A stretch of DNA of 64,000 nucleotides from Macrostomum lignano. Lineage: Eukaryota. Both the position numbers and the translations under genes were made by a program. The notes below the pieces were generated by a model. The model was given only the letters and a program-made list of their open reading frames with translations. It was not told the origin of the DNA and ran no database searches. The stretch covers positions 3,964-67,963 of the forward strand of contig NIVC01003949.1 of assembly GCA_002269645.1 (NCBI GenBank), in the 5' to 3' direction. Below, one piece after another: positions 23,511-36,254 of this stretch. The first letter of the stretch is position 1, and every line of letters starts with the position of its first letter.

Positions 23511-23868
23511 ATGCAAGCAGCAGACGATCGGCGTCTGTGCGATCCAAGCTACGGCAGTGACGGCTGCGTGCTCAGAGAACTGCTGCCCGATTTGCTGCAG
23601 TTCCTTAGTCAGGATCTTGAGCAGGAACAGCTGACTGACGCCTGCAGTGAGAAACGGCGAGCACTTTTACAGCAGTTGAGTCTGTTCAGGATTGCCCAGT
23701 GCGGCGGGCCTAGTCAAGCTGTCAAGACTAGGCGTAGCCAGCCTCCGCCACCCGTGCCGCCGCATCAACAGCAGCAGCAATCAAGTGCCACCGGTTTTGG
23801 AGGCTTTCTCACCGATGCCATGTTTAATCGTCGGTCCCAGCTTATTGGCAATAGTAGAGGCGGTAAAG
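23511..23868 (+). CDS. AFAP1: AFAP1-like adaptor, exon 1
   Basis: LRELLPDLLQFLSQDLEQEQLTDACSEKRRALLQQL resembles the AFAP1-family N-terminal helix; donor G|GTAAGC at 23869 (phase 1). Symbol means family-level similarity. Confidence 0.75.
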
Positions 23869-23879
23869 GTAAGCGTATG

Positions 23880-24545
23880 GCATCTTAACAACTCCCAAAT
23901 TGAGCCATAGCATCTCAGCAACTCCCCATTGAGCCATGGCATCTCAGCAACTCCCCATTGAGCCATGGCATCTCAGCAACTCCCAAATTGAGCCATAGCA
24001 TCTCAGCAACTCCCCATTGAGCCATGGCATCTCAGCAACTCCCCATTGAGCCATGGCATCTCAGCAACTCCCAAATTGAGCCATAGCATCTCAGCAACTC
24101 CCCATTGAGCCATGGCATCTCAGAAACTCCCCATTGAGCCATAGCATCTCAGCAACTCCCCATTGAGCCATGGCATCTCAGCAACTCCCCATTGAGCCAT
24201 GGCATCTCAGCAACTCCCCATTGAGCCATGGCATCTCAGCAACTCCCCATTGAGCCATGGCATCTCAGCAACTCCCCATTGAGCCATGGCATCTCAGCAA
24301 CTCCCAAATTGAGCCATGGCATCTCAGCAACTCCCCATTGAGCCATGGCATCTCAGCAACTCCCCATTGAGCCATGGCATCTCAGCAACTCCCCATTGAG
24401 CCATGGCATCTCAGCAACTCCCCATTGAGCCATGGCATCTCAGCAACTCCCATTGAGCCATGGCACCTCAGCAACTCCCGAATTGAGCCATGGCATCTTA
24501 GCAACTCCCATTGAGCCAATTGGCATCTCAGCAACTCCCATATTG
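23880..24545. repeat. 29-bp minisatellite GAGCCATGGCATCTCAGCAACTCCCCATT (about 23 units), AFAP1-like intron 1
   Basis: Period read directly; starts about 10 nt after the donor. Confidence 0.95.
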
Positions 24546-24976
24546 AGCGAGTAATAGATTTAATACTTTTATATATTGAGTTTAATCAAACGAAAAATTG
24601 ATTTTAATCATTTTCTAGATTTGAAGAATCGTAAGTCATTGCCGCCACAGGCCTTCTCTAAGTGAGTATTTGTCAGTTTTTATTCTTATTCTAGTGTCAA
24701 CTGGGTCGTGGGGTCATTTTGGGTAAAAATAAAGCAGTGCAATGTATAGTTGTTATAACTGATCAGCAAATTCAACTGTCTACAAAGTGTCCTTTCGTGT
24801 CCCTTTGTAGTTTTGGCTTCACATTTGACAAGCACGAAGCGGAGGCACCGTTAAATGAATCTGGTAAAGTTGGTCATTCTATCTCATCAATATTTTCCCC
24901 CTTGGGAGAAATATATATGTTATTCTGTATTCTTTTATTTTGTTAAAAAACCATCATATTGATAATATATTTTCAG

Positions 24977-25019
24977 ACTATGAGACGCCAATTTCTATGG
25001 ATCTTAATGGTCAGATACT
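24977..25019 (+). CDS. AFAP1: AFAP1-like exon (43 nt; (D)YETPISMDLNGQI)
   Basis: TTTCAG acceptor and GTGAGT donor; phase 1 in and phase 2 out link the flanking exons in frame; YxxP motif. Confidence 0.7.
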
Positions 25020-25039
25020 GTGAGTTTGATAACACAAAG

Positions 25040-25670
25040 TACTTTGGAGGGAAAGGAGTAGCGCCACTCCGTCAAGAGTCTGAGATGAAGAATGGGGGTA
25101 GCGCCACTCCATCAAGAGTCTGAGATGAAGAATGTGGGGTAGCGCCACTCCGTCAAGAGTCTGAGATGAAGAATGGGGGTAGCGCCACTCCATCAAGAGT
25201 CTGAGATGAAGAATGTGGGGTAGCGCCACTCCGTCAAGAGTCTGAGATGAAGAATGGGGGTAGCGCCACTCCATCAAGAGTCTGAGAAGGGGAATGGGGA
25301 GTAGCAACCACTCCATCAAGAGTCTGAGAAGGGGAATGGGGAGTAGCAACCACTCCATCAAGAGTCTGAGAATAGGAATGGGGAGTAGCAACCACTCCAT
25401 CAAGAGTCTGAGAATGGGAATGGGGAGTAGCAACCACTCCATCAAGAGTCTGAGAATGGGAATGGGGAGTAGCAACCACTCCATCAAGAGTCTGAGAAGG
25501 GGAATAGGAAGTAGCAACCACTCCATCAAGAGTCTGAGAAGGGGAATGGGGAGTAGCAACCACTCCATCAAGAGTCTGAGAAGGGGAATAGGAAGTAGCA
25601 ACCACTCCATCAAGAGTCTGAGAAGGGGAATAGGAAGTAGCGCCACTCCATCAAGAGTCTGAGAAGGGGC
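25040..25670. repeat. 40-42 bp minisatellite (CCACTCCATCAAGAGTCTGAGA core), two subtypes
   Basis: Alternating 40/41-bp units, then 42-bp units. Confidence 0.92.
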
Positions 25671-25725
25671 TGTTCAAAATTCCTATAAACTGACCCAAAT
25701 CTCATCTTAATCATTGCTACTCCAG

Positions 25726-26252
25726 ACTGCCAGGCAGACGAAGCGCTGGAGGTGCAGCTGCACCTGGCGTTTCCAGTGTGGCGTCGGCTCCTAGCATCTG
25801 CGGCGCGCTGCATCATCGTCACGAGGACACGTGCCGCTGGCAGTCGTATCCCCTGTGTCAGCTGATGCCAGCCGGGTCGCGTCTGTTGCTTTATAAGTCC
25901 TCGCGAGCCACCGGGAGCCCGTCGCTGACCCTACTACTAGCTGGCTACACCGCTATATATGTTGAACGGGAGTCTTCAGCTAATCATGTGATCAAACTGA
26001 CTCATCCAAGTCTGCCAACTCACGCACTTTCTGCCGATTCTGAAGATGAAGCTCGAGCTTGGGTTGCTAAGATCAATCTTTTGCAGCAGCAGCAGCAGTT
26101 GCAGAATCTTCGGGAAATGTTTTTCCCGGGATTCAGTCAGGAGCCTGACAGTGGTTTCTCTGGTCCGGTGTCTTCTAGTTCCACTGACTCCTGTGATCAC
26201 CAGCAGCAGCGGAAACCGAAGTTAACAAAGTCTACTACGTTTTCTGGGCTTG
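25726..26252 (+). CDS. AFAP1: AFAP1-like exon encoding PH domain 1
   Basis: ICGALHHR...W...LCQL...RLLLYKSSR...HVIKLTHP...ALSADSEDEARAWVAKI is a PH fold resembling AFAP1 PH1; CTCCAG acceptor and G|GTTAGT donor. Confidence 0.85.
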
Positions 26253-26279
26253 GTTAGTGCAATCAAGTTTGTCTCACTT

Positions 26280-26900
26280 ATATTATCTCTCATCTCACCC
26301 TCATTTTGTCTCATCTCACCCTTGTTCTGTCTCATCTCACCCTTATTCTGTCTCATCTCACCCTTATTCTGTCTCATCTCACCCTTATTCTGTCTCATCT
26401 CACCCTCATTCTGTCTCATCTCACCCTCATTCTGTCTCATCTCACCCTTATTGTCTCATCTCACCCTTATTCTGTCTCATCTCACCCTTATTCTGTCTCA
26501 TCTCATCCTCATTCTGTCTCATCTCAATCTTATTCTGTCTCATCTCACCCTCATTCTGTCTCATCTCACCCTTATTCTGTCTCATCTCAGCCTCACTCTG
26601 TCTCATCTCACCCTTGTTCTGTCTCATCTCACCCTTATTCTGTCTCATCTCACCCTTATTCTGTCTCATCTCACCCTTATTCTGTCTCATCTCACCCTCA
26701 TTCTGTCTCATCTCACCCTCATTCTGTCTCGTCTCACTCATTCTGTCTCATCTCACCATCATTCTGTCTCATCTCACTCTCATTCTGTCTCATCTTATCC
26801 TCACTCTGACTCATCTCACCCTCATTCTGTCTCATCTCACCCTCATTCTGTCTTATCTCACTCTTGTCTCATTTGACTCTCATTTTATCTCAGTCTATCT
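26280..26900. repeat. 21-bp pyrimidine-rich minisatellite CTCATCTCACCCTTATTCTGT
   Basis: About 28 units; source of the MRQNKGE pseudo-ORFs. Confidence 0.95.
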
Positions 26901-26973
26901 CACTCTCCTCCTCATTCTCAGTGTCTCAGTCTCCTCAGCAGTTAAGCCGCATAAGAAATCTATGATTTTGCAG

Positions 26974-27458
26974 GTCAGCATCACGCCGATGATGGGGCAA
27001 TGCTATCGGCCGAAGCTTCGGCGGCCGCATCCGCTGCGGCGCACAGCCGCCAGCATTCCGGCGGTTTTATGCGTCGATTACGAAGCTCGTTCGGCGCCGG
27101 CAGCTCGAATCGACGGAATCAACGCGAGGCGGCGGCTGCGGCAGCGGCGGCCGAGGCGGATGCCGCCCTGGGGACAGATGACTGCTTAGTGGAGAGCGAC
27201 GCTGAAGCCCGGCTTGGTGGCCAGGGGCGTTGGCTGCGGTGTCGGGCTCGGCTTCGTCGAGGCGGCCGGCTCTGTCTGCCCGGCGTGGCCGCTGAGCCCA
27301 TCTTGCTGGACGATCGGACCAGCCTGCAGCCATTGAACGGCGGCGATAGCGGGGTCTCGTCGGGACCAACTGAAGTTGTGGTTGCCGGCCAGGTTGTCAG
27401 GCGGCGGCAGAAACGAAACGGCGTAGACGGTCAAGCCTGCGGTATTCGAGTCGTTCGG
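26974..27458 (+). CDS. AFAP1: AFAP1-like exon (Ala-rich linker and start of PH domain 2)
   Basis: TTTTGCAG acceptor in frame with track ORF 27000; probable phase-0 donor CGG|GTAGCT (donor position less certain). Confidence 0.65.
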
Positions 27459-27549
27459 GTAGCTAATTATGATAATTATTATAATGTTACTAGTAGCCAA
27501 TCAATGTTTGTTTACAGGGACTCGGTGTCCTAAACTAAAACTAGACTAT

Positions 27550-28925
27550 CATAAACTGAAGCTAGACACAGACCTAAACTGAAGCTAGACACAGACCTAA
27601 ACTGAAGCTAGACACAGACCTAAACTGAAGCTAGACACAGACCTAAACTGAAGCTAGACACTACCTAAACTGCAGCTGGACACAGACCTAAACTAAAGCT
27701 GGACACAGACCTAAACTGCAGCTGGACACAGTCCTAAACTGAAGCTAGACACAGACCTAAACTGCAGCTGGACACAGACCTAAACTAAAGCTGGACACAG
27801 ACCTAAACTAAAGCTGGACACAGACCTAAACTGCAGCTGGACACAGACCTAAACTGCAGCTAGACACAGACCTAAACTGAAGCTAGACACAGACCTAAAC
27901 TGCAGCTGGACACAGACCTAAACTGAAGCTAGACACTACCTAAACTGCAGCTGGACACAGACCTAAACTAAAGCTGGACACAGACCTAAACTGCAGCTGG
28001 ACACAGTCCTAAACTGAAGCTAGACACAGACCTAAACTGCAGCTAGACACAGACCTAAACTAAAGCTGGACACAGACCTAAACTGCAGCTGGACACAGAC
28101 CTAAACTGCAGCTAGACACAGACCTAAACTGAAGCTAGACACAGACCTAAACTGCAGCTAGACACAGACCTAAACTGCAGCTAGACACAGACCTAAACTG
28201 AAGCTAGACACAGACCTAAACTGCAGCTGGACACAGACCTAAACTAAAGCTGGACACAGACCTAAACTGCAGCTGGACACAGTCCTAAACTGAAGCTAGA
28301 CACAGACCTAAACTGCAGCTGGACACAGACCTAAACTAAAGCTGGACACAGACCTAAACTGCAGCTGGACACAGACCTAAACTGCAGCTAGACACAGACC
28401 TAAACTGAAGCTAGACACAGACCTAAACTGCAGCTGGACACAGACCTAAACTGCAGCTAGACACAGACCTAAACTGAAGCTAGACACAGACCTAAACTGC
28501 AGCTGGACACAGACCTAAACTGAAGCTAGACACAGACCTAAGCTAAAGCTGGACACAGACCTAAACTGCAGCTAGACACAGACCTAAACTGAAGCTGGAC
28601 ACAGACCTAAACTGCAGCTAGACACAGACCTAAACTGAAGCTAGACACAGACCTAAACTGAAGCTGGACACAGTCCTAAACTGAAGCTGGACACAGACCT
28701 AAACTGCAGCTAGACACAGACCTAAACTGAAGCTGGACACAGACCTAAACTGCAGCTAGACACAGACCTAAACTGCAGCTAGACACAGACCTAAACTGAA
28801 GCTGGACACAGTCCTAAACTGAAGCTGGACACAGACCTAAACTGCAGCTAGACACAGACCTAAACTGAAGCTGGACACAGACCTAAACTGCAGCTAGACA
28901 CAGACCTAAACTGAAGCTAGACAGA
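27550..28925. repeat. 23-bp minisatellite AGCTAGACACAGACCTAAACTGA (about 60 units)
   Basis: Period 23 read directly. Confidence 0.95.
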
Positions 28926-29039
28926 CAAATCTCAGCTTTAGTTAAGTTAGATAAAGTAGTTGTGTTTAAACCACAGAACTGAGAATTCTCATAAAATGAG
29001 AATAGCATTCTAAAGCATACAAAACCTCTACTCAAACAG

Positions 29040-29462
29040 CAAACACCTCCGGGCTCCGCCGCTGGTGCAGCTTCAACTATCGTAGCCGAACTCAAAGGCC
29101 TAGACAAACTGGCCCTAGGCGAATGGATCAAGCACATGGCCTTAGCAACCGGCATGGCCCCGCAATACGAGCCAATGCAAACCGAGCTATTGGATTTACA
29201 CAGCGCCCGCGCCCTAGTCGATAGCAGGCGTCGCGCGTCCATGCCCGAGCGTCAGTTGAATTGCCTCACTGATTTGGTGTCCGCCGCTGCCGCCTCAGGC
29301 AGAGCGCCGCGACCCCTGCCGCCTCTGCCAGACAATTCAATTACTAGCGGCTACGGCTTAGGCGGCAACACTGCCGAGTCTGGCTGCGCAGTCCAGCCCG
29401 CTGCTCCGTACTGTCTGTACGATATGGACTGCCATGAGCAGATGAGCTCAAACTGCGGCTGA
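29040..29462 (+). CDS. AFAP1: AFAP1-like terminal exon (end of PH2, YEPM motif, stop)
   Basis: AAACAG acceptor in frame with track ORF 29136; LALGEWIKHMALATG is the PH C-terminal helix; TGA at 29460. Confidence 0.7.
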   Translation, partial: QTPPGSAAGAASTIVAELKGLDKLALGEWIKHMALATGMAPQYEPMQTELLDLHSARALVDSRRRASMPERQLNCLTDLVSAAAASGRAPRPLPPLPDNSITSGYGLGGNTAESGCAVQPAAPYCLYDMDCHEQMSSNCG

Positions 29463-29579
29463 TAAATGTGTGGCAAAAATGTTTGACCTTTTCTATTTTA
29501 ATATCCTCTTGCTAGACATTTTTTATCTTAGTCTGCATCTTCACGAGCTTAGTTACTTCTGTTCGACTTTATTAACTCT

Positions 29580-30550
29580 CTCTTTCCATTCCTCTTTCTC
29601 TTCAGTCTACTTCTCTTCTCTTTCCTGTCTGCCTCTCTCCTCTTCTCTTCTCTCCTGTCTGCCTGTCTCCTCTCCTCTTCTCTCCTGTCTGTCTGTCTGT
29701 CTCTTCTCTTCTCTCCTGTCTGTCTGTCTCTTCTCTTCTCTCCTGTCTGTCTGTCTCCTCTTCTCTCCTGTCTGTCTGTCTCCTCTTCTCTCCTGTCTGC
29801 CTGTCTCCTCTCCTCTTCTCTCCTGTCTGCCTGTCTCCTCTCCTCTTCTCTCCTGTCTGCCTGTCTCTTCTCTTCTCTCCTGTCTGTCTGTCTCCTCTTC
29901 TCTCCTGTCTGCCTGTCTCCTCTCCTCTTCTCTCCTGTCTGCCTGTCTCTTCTCTTCTCTCCTGTCTGTCTGTCTCCTCTTCTCTCCTGTCTGCCTGTCT
30001 CCTCTTCTCTCCTGTCTGTCTGTCTCCTCTTCTCTCCTGTCTGCCTGTCTCCTCTCCTCTTCTCTCCTGTCTGTCTGTCTCTTCTCTTCTCTCCTGTCTG
30101 TCTGTCTCCTCTTCTCTTCTGTCTGTCTGTCTCCTCTTCTCTCCTGTCTGTCTGTCTTCTCTTCTCTCCTGTCTGTCTGTCTTCTCTTCTCTTCTGTCTG
30201 TCTGTCTTCTCTTCTCTCCTGTCTGTCTGTCTTCTCTTCTCTTCTGTCTGTCTGTCTCCTCTTCTCTCCTGTCTGTCTGTCTCCTCTCCTCTCCTGTCTG
30301 TCTGTCTCCTCTTCTCTTCTGTCTGTCTGTCTGTCTCCTCTTCTCTTCTGTCTGTCTGTCTGTCTCCTCTTCTCTCCTGTCTGTCTGTCTCCTCTCCTCT
30401 CCTGTCTGTCTGTCTCCTCTCCTCTCCTGTCTGTCTGTCTCCTCTTCTCTCCTGTCTGTCTGTCTCCTCTCTCCTGTCCGCTTCTCTTCTCCTCTCTCCT
30501 GTCTGCCTTTCCTCTTTTCTCCTCTTCGTCTTTCCCTCGTGTCTCTTGCG
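29580..30550. repeat. CT-rich composite minisatellite (CTCTT/CTGT units, 22-27 bp)
   Basis: Almost A-free on the plus strand. Confidence 0.9.
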
Positions 30551-31122
30551 CTTTTCCCTTTTTCTCTGTCCTGTCTCCCTTGTGCAGTCTGTCCGAGTGT
30601 GTCAGGGAGCATTTTTTCACGCAAATAAACAACTTGATTTACATGTAAAATTTAATGTAAGTAGTTTTAATTGATAACAGCAAGTTATTCTCTAATTTTC
30701 CGTAGTTCTATGCCCAACTATACTACTCACTACCAATCGTGTTACTAGTAGTATATACAATGCAACCAGTGTCTTTTCCGTTCGCCTTCCGACAGTCGTT
30801 TCGTGTTTTCATTTTGTGTGTTCGGCAGATCAGTTCAACAAAAATTGCTCAAAAAATGTCGCGTATTAAAACCCCTGTCTTGATAGACGACTGTTTGATA
30901 AGAAACCATGCTTATAGCTAAGAAATTTTCAACTTTTTAGAAAATTATCTTCAATCCTGTTTCTAGCTAGCAATCTTTGCCTCTTCCTTGGGAAGGCAGG
31001 CAACACAAGAAAGAAATAATTTTTTTAGCAAAATATTTATGTAGTTCTCGTACGATGTTTGAACCAAAAAAGCAACTCCCATGAAAATCTTTTTAGATGT
31101 GGCTTGATTCTTGGCCCTTGAC

Positions 31123-31410
31123 GTCTCAGCAATTCCCCCTGTAGGCCTTGGCATCTCAGCAATTCCCCCCGTAGGCCTTGGCATCTCAGCAATTCCCCCC
31201 GTAGGCCTTGACATCTCAGCAATTCCCCCCGTAGGCCTTGACATCTCAGCAATTCCCCCGTAGGCCTTGGCATCTCAGCAATTCCCCCCGTAGGCCTTGG
31301 CATCTCAGCAATTCCCCCCGTAGGCCTTGGCATCTCAGCAATTCCCCCCGTAGGCCTTGACATCTCAGCAATTCCCCCTGTAGGCCTTGACATCTCAGCA
31401 ATTCCCCCCT
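31123..31410. repeat. 30-bp minisatellite GTAGGCCTTGGCATCTCAGCAATTCCCCCC
   Basis: About 9-10 units; shares its core with the 23880 array. Confidence 0.92.
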
Positions 31411-32534
31411 GAGCTTTCAAGAATTCTGGATACTAATAAGGTGGCGAGGACACGACATTCATACTCACTCTGGCCTGCTACCCAGTCTAAATTAAGGGTT
31501 AAAATTGTTTCAATTAGAGTAAGCCCTGATGACTTCAAAAATTGATGAGCACAAATTAAAAAGTTACTTTTTTTCTTGCATCGAATCGCGGCGGCTTTTT
31601 TAATTGATTTTTCATTTTTATACTTTTTGTATTGTACACGGTAATACCCTGATAGTGGTATTAATATTTATCGTTTACATGATCATGAATTTTATGTCCT
31701 AATATTTTAATAGCCTTATTTCCTGTATTCACTATTGAAGTCAGTATAGTAGACTTATTGATTAAAACTTGAGCAGGTTTCATAGATCAATTTATAATTT
31801 CTTATTATTTCATCGCTTATTAGATGACGAGGCATTTGAAGTATAGTAAGAAAGTCATAGTTACTCCTGCCGTTTTCCCGTCCGCGGCTGTGTTTTGTAT
31901 AATTGCTTTTTTCATAAAAAACCGGCTTCAATATTGTTAGCAAGCAGTTTGATTTTTTCTACAAAAAATTTTTGCTACAAAGTTTTGTATTTTTATAATC
32001 ATTGTGTAGTATTCCTTGTAAATATTTATTACCAGTTACCAAAATTGTATAAAAACCAATGTATAAAACAAGAATTCTATTTAAAAACTAGTTTTTGTCA
32101 GTATTTTTTAATACAAAAAACTGTTACTTTGTTTATAAAAAATCAATCCAAGTAGCTTCATCTGTTTTTTTAAAAGATTTTTATTGAACTGTGCCGAACT
32201 TGAAGTTTTTATCTGTATAATATAAAAACTTTTCGTCGAATAAATAAAAATAATACTACTGCTGAAGCGCTTTGAATAGTAGTGCTAAATGCAAATTTTG
32301 TTTTAAAAAATAACGAGAAAATATTAACCATATTTTAATTGTTTTTACAAGATATTTAACTCAGAGCAAATGCAGTTATAGAAATCGTATTTGAATTCTT
32401 AGCACTACTATTTAATGATGGTTCAGTGAAAAGCGTTTATGCGTCTTCAATCAATTAAATTCTATATTTCGTAATCTTATCAAGAGCTTGCCTTCACTTT
32501 TTTCTTCAATGCTTTGCCTGCTACCAATCTCCTA

Positions 32535-33880
32535 GATCCAGAGTTGCTGGGCCAGCCTCCCAGATCGATCCTCAGTTGCTGGACCAGCCTCCCAGAGTGT
32601 CAGTTGCTGGGCCAGCCTCCCAAATCCTCAGTTGCTGGACCAGCCTCCCAGAGTGTCAGTTGCTGGGCCAGCCTCCCAAATCCTCAGTTTCTGGGCCGGC
32701 CTCCCAAATCCTCAGTTGCTGGGCCAGCCTCCCAAATCCTCAGTTGCTGGACCAGCCTCCCAGAGTGTCAGTTGCTGGGCCAGCCTCCCAAATCCTCAGT
32801 TTCTGGGCCGGCCTCCCAAATCCTCAGTTGCTGGGCCAGCCTCCCAAATCCTCAGTTGCTGGACCAGCCTCCCAGAGTGTCAGTTGCTGGGCCAGCCTCC
32901 CAAATCCTCAGTTTCTGGGCCGGCCTCCCAAATCCTCAGTTGCTGGGCCAGCCTCCCAAATCCTCAGTTGCTGGACCAGCCTCCCAGAGTGTCAGTTGCT
33001 GGGCCAGCCTCCCAAATCCTCAGTTTCTGGGCCAGCCTCCCAAATCCTCAGTTGCTGGGCCAGCCTCCCAAATCCTCAGTTTCTGGGCCGGCCTCCCAAA
33101 TCCTCAGTTGCTGGGCCAGCCTCCCAAATCCTCAGTTGCTGGGCCAGCCTCCCAAATCCTCAGTTTCTGGGCCGGCCTCCCAAATCCTCAGTTGCTGGGC
33201 CAGCCTCCCAAATCCTCAGTTTCTGGGCCGGCCTCCCAGAGTGTCAGTTGCTGGGCCAGCCTCCCAAATCCTCAGTTTCTGGGCCGGCCTCCCAAATCCT
33301 CAGTTGCTGGGCCAGCCTCCCAAATCCTCAGTTGCTGGACCAGCCTCCCAGAGTGTCAGTTGCTGGGCCAGCCTCCCAAATCCTCAGTTGCTGGGCCGGC
33401 CTCCCAAATCCTCAGTTGCTGGGCCAGCCTCCCAAATCCTCAGTTTCTGGGCCGGCCTCCCAGAGTGTCAGTTGCTGGGCCAGCCTCCCAAATCCTTAGT
33501 TTCTGGGCCGGCCTCCCAAATCCTCAGTTGCTGGACCAGCCTCCCAGAGTGTCAGTTGCTGGGCCAGCCTCCCAAATCCTCAGTTTCTGGGCCGGCCTCC
33601 CAAATCCTCAGTTGCTGGGCCAGCCTCCCAAATCCTCAGTTTCTGGGCCGGCCTCCCAGATCCTCAGTTGCTGGGCCAGCCTCTCAGATCCCCAGTTTCT
33701 GGGCCAGCCTTCCAGATCCCCAGTTGCTGGGCCAGCCTCCCAGATCCTCAGTTGCTGGGCCAGCCTCTCAGTTCCCCAGTTCTGGGCCAGCCTCTCAGAT
33801 CCCCAGTTGCTGGGTCAGCCTGTCAGATCCTCAGTTGCTGGGCCAGCCTTCCAGATCCTCAGCTGCTGTGCCAGCTTCAG
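32535..33880 (+). repeat. 28-bp minisatellite CTGGGCCAGCCTCCCAAATCCTCAGTTG (about 48 units)
   Basis: Period 28; the same family occurs inverted at 55480 and 58310. Confidence 0.95.
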
Positions 33881-34623
33881 AGTGGCACTAAAGCTGCCTA
33901 TTAGAATGCACCGAACACCTCGCGAAATCGGTTTAGGTCTAACCGTACGAAGTCACAGTCTTCTTGTCTTCGAAACTGCTCAAGCCTCACATACCCGACC
34001 TATATAATTATGCCGTTTAGCTACGGGAAACCTATATTTGCATTGAATCTTTCAGTGCTCCACTGTTTGTGTTGAGTTATTATTTAGATCTTCTATTTTT
34101 TAAATAAGTGACTCTTAAGGTCTGGCGTCCCCCTCTCTCTCTGTATATAAACTCATCAACTGTCTTGACTGGCTGCTTTCTCACTGTAGACACAAGGCGT
34201 TTTCTTGACAGGTCTGGGTATGCTGTTGGTCTATCTAAAGCTAATACAATGGCTAGAGTAAACTCTCTCTGGTTTGGCGAATGAGTATAGAAATGCATGA
34301 TGAGAAGGCATCGCCTACCCTTCACGGTCTTCTTTTTCTTAGCTATAATTGTGTTTGATCATTTTTTCGGCTATCTCTCTACACTCCAGTTTGCACTGTG
34401 GTTGGCTGAAAAGCTCGTGCATTTAATAAAAAACCTCTACTCTCAATCTGCACCTCTCTCTCTCTCTCTCTCTAAGCTACTCTGCGTAGAGGTATAAAGG
34501 CAGTTTTTTTGTTGAAAAAGACCGTTTCAATTATTTATATTAGAAAAATAGTATTTATTTAGTATATTTAGATTGAGAAAGACGCGGTCTTACGTGTAGC
34601 TCGAGAATTTCTGTTAGCTCAAC

Positions 34624-34675
34624 ATGGTGGTCAGGTCAGCCTTTGTCTGCCTGGTGATCTTATCATTGAGTATAG
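34624..34675 (+). CDS. CUB-LDLa-TM receptor, exon 1 (signal peptide MVVRSAFVCLVILSLSI)
   Basis: ATG, hydrophobic leader, and phase-1 donor G|GTGAGT that joins in frame to the CUB exon. Confidence 0.7.
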
Positions 34676-34779
34676 GTGAGTCTATCGGTGTCTTATGTTA
34701 GACAATTAACGCGTCGCCTGTTAGATAGGGATACAATGTACATCACCTGTTATATATGAGTACATTATCTGTTAGACAC

Positions 34780-35595
34780 GCGGCCATCACCTGTCAGGCA
34801 CACGGCCATCACCTGTTAGACACACTGCTATCACCTGTTAGACACACTGCCATCACCTGTTAGGCACAGGGCCATCACCTGTTAGACACACGGCCATCAC
34901 CTGTTAGGCACAGGGCCATCACCTGTTAGACACACGGCTATCACCTGTTAGGCACACTGCCATCACCTGTTAGACACACGGCCATCACCTGTTAGACACA
35001 CGGCCATCACCTGTTAGACACACGGCTATCACCTGTTAAACACACGGCCATCACCTGTTAGACACACGGCTATCACCTGTTAAACACACGGCCATCACCT
35101 GTTAGGCACACGGCCATCACCTGTTCGGCACACGGCCATCACCTGTTAGACACACGGCCATCACCTGTTAGACACACGGCCATCACCTGTTAGACACACG
35201 GCCATCACCTGTTAGGCACACTGCTATCACCTGTTAGACACACGGCCATCACCTGTTAGACACACACTGCCATCACCTGTTAGGCACAGGGCCATCACCT
35301 GTTAGACACACGGCCATCACCTGTTAGGCACACGGCCATCACCTGTTAGACACACGGCCATCACCTGTTAGGCACACTGCTATCACCTGTTAGACACACG
35401 GCCATCACCTGTTAGACACACACTGCCATCACCTGTTAGGCACAGGGCCATCACCTGTTAGACACACGGCCATCACCTGTTAGGCACACGGCCATCACCT
35501 GTTAGGCACACTGCTATCACCTGTTAGACACACGGCCATCACCTATTAGACGCACCACCATCAGCTGTTAGGCACACGGCCCGCACCTGTTAGAC
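34780..35595. repeat. 22-bp minisatellite GGCCATCACCTGTTAGACACAC
   Basis: About 37 units filling intron 1. Confidence 0.95.
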
Positions 35596-35637
35596 AAGTT
35601 CAACCTTTATTACCGAAATTCCCTCCGCTAATCCCAG

Positions 35638-35912
35638 TCACCATGACAACAGCCGCCTCCGCCTGCGGTGGCTACCGCGAAGGCCTCAACACCGGCCAGT
35701 CGTTCACCCTGACCTCGCCGAATTATCCCAGCAACTACGATAGAAATCAGCGCTGCATTTGGCTGTTTGCAGCCAAGAATGGCACCGGATTTCGTATTAA
35801 TGTCACTTCAGTCAGTTTAGAGGGCACCGGCAACAACAGCACCGGCTGCAGAGACTACTTGCAGATCACGGATGGCAGCTCGGTGGCCACTGAGCTGGCC
35901 TACCTGTGCCAG
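35638..35912 (+). CDS. CUB-LDLa-TM receptor, CUB domain exon
   Basis: CGG...LTSPNYPSNY...CIWLF...C-DYLQITDG...YLC is a canonical CUB domain; CCCAG acceptor and CAG|GTGGGT donor. Confidence 0.9.
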
Positions 35913-36000
35913 GTGGGTGTCTTTGCATATTTGATTTCATATATAGAATTTAAAGGCTTCCAGTGAGATTTCTTTAGATTGGTAATTTTCTTAGTTTTAA

Positions 36001-36230
36001 GAGGCGTCATGGATTTTATGGTGTTCCATGGTTTTCTGCATGTAAATGTACATGACTAAATTTCTAAATGTACTCGGGTGTGGGGACGAAGCCAAGAGTT
36101 ATTATTACCAACATTATTGGTGTTGTCAGCGCTCATTTTAGCGCCTCAGGCACTCATTTTGGGGCCTCAGGCTCTCATTTTGGTGCCTCAGACTTTCATT
36201 TTGACACCATTTTAGTGCCATTTTGGTTCC
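36001..36230 (+). mobile_element. Degenerate copy of the VNTR-carrying MITE (about 4 repeat units) in CUB gene intron 2
   Basis: Shares CATGGATTTTATGGTG, CATGACTAAATT and GTTGTCAGCGCTCATTTT with the 52429 element. Confidence 0.7.
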
Positions 36231-36254
36231 ACTAACTACCGCAAACATTTTCAG

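Noticed and set aside
24619-24661. 43-nt coding exon using the GTGAGT donor
   Set aside because: Ends in phase 2 and gives AAA CTA TGA in the next exon; only the 12-nt form keeps the frame.
25011-30648. Repetitive ORFs at 25011, 26250-27189 and 29470-30648
   Set aside because: All derive from intronic or low-complexity tandem repeats.
32514-34007. Long Pro/Ser-rich ORFs (also 55382-55864 and 58393-59205)
   Set aside because: Translations of the 28-bp minisatellite; the same peptide appears in all frames.
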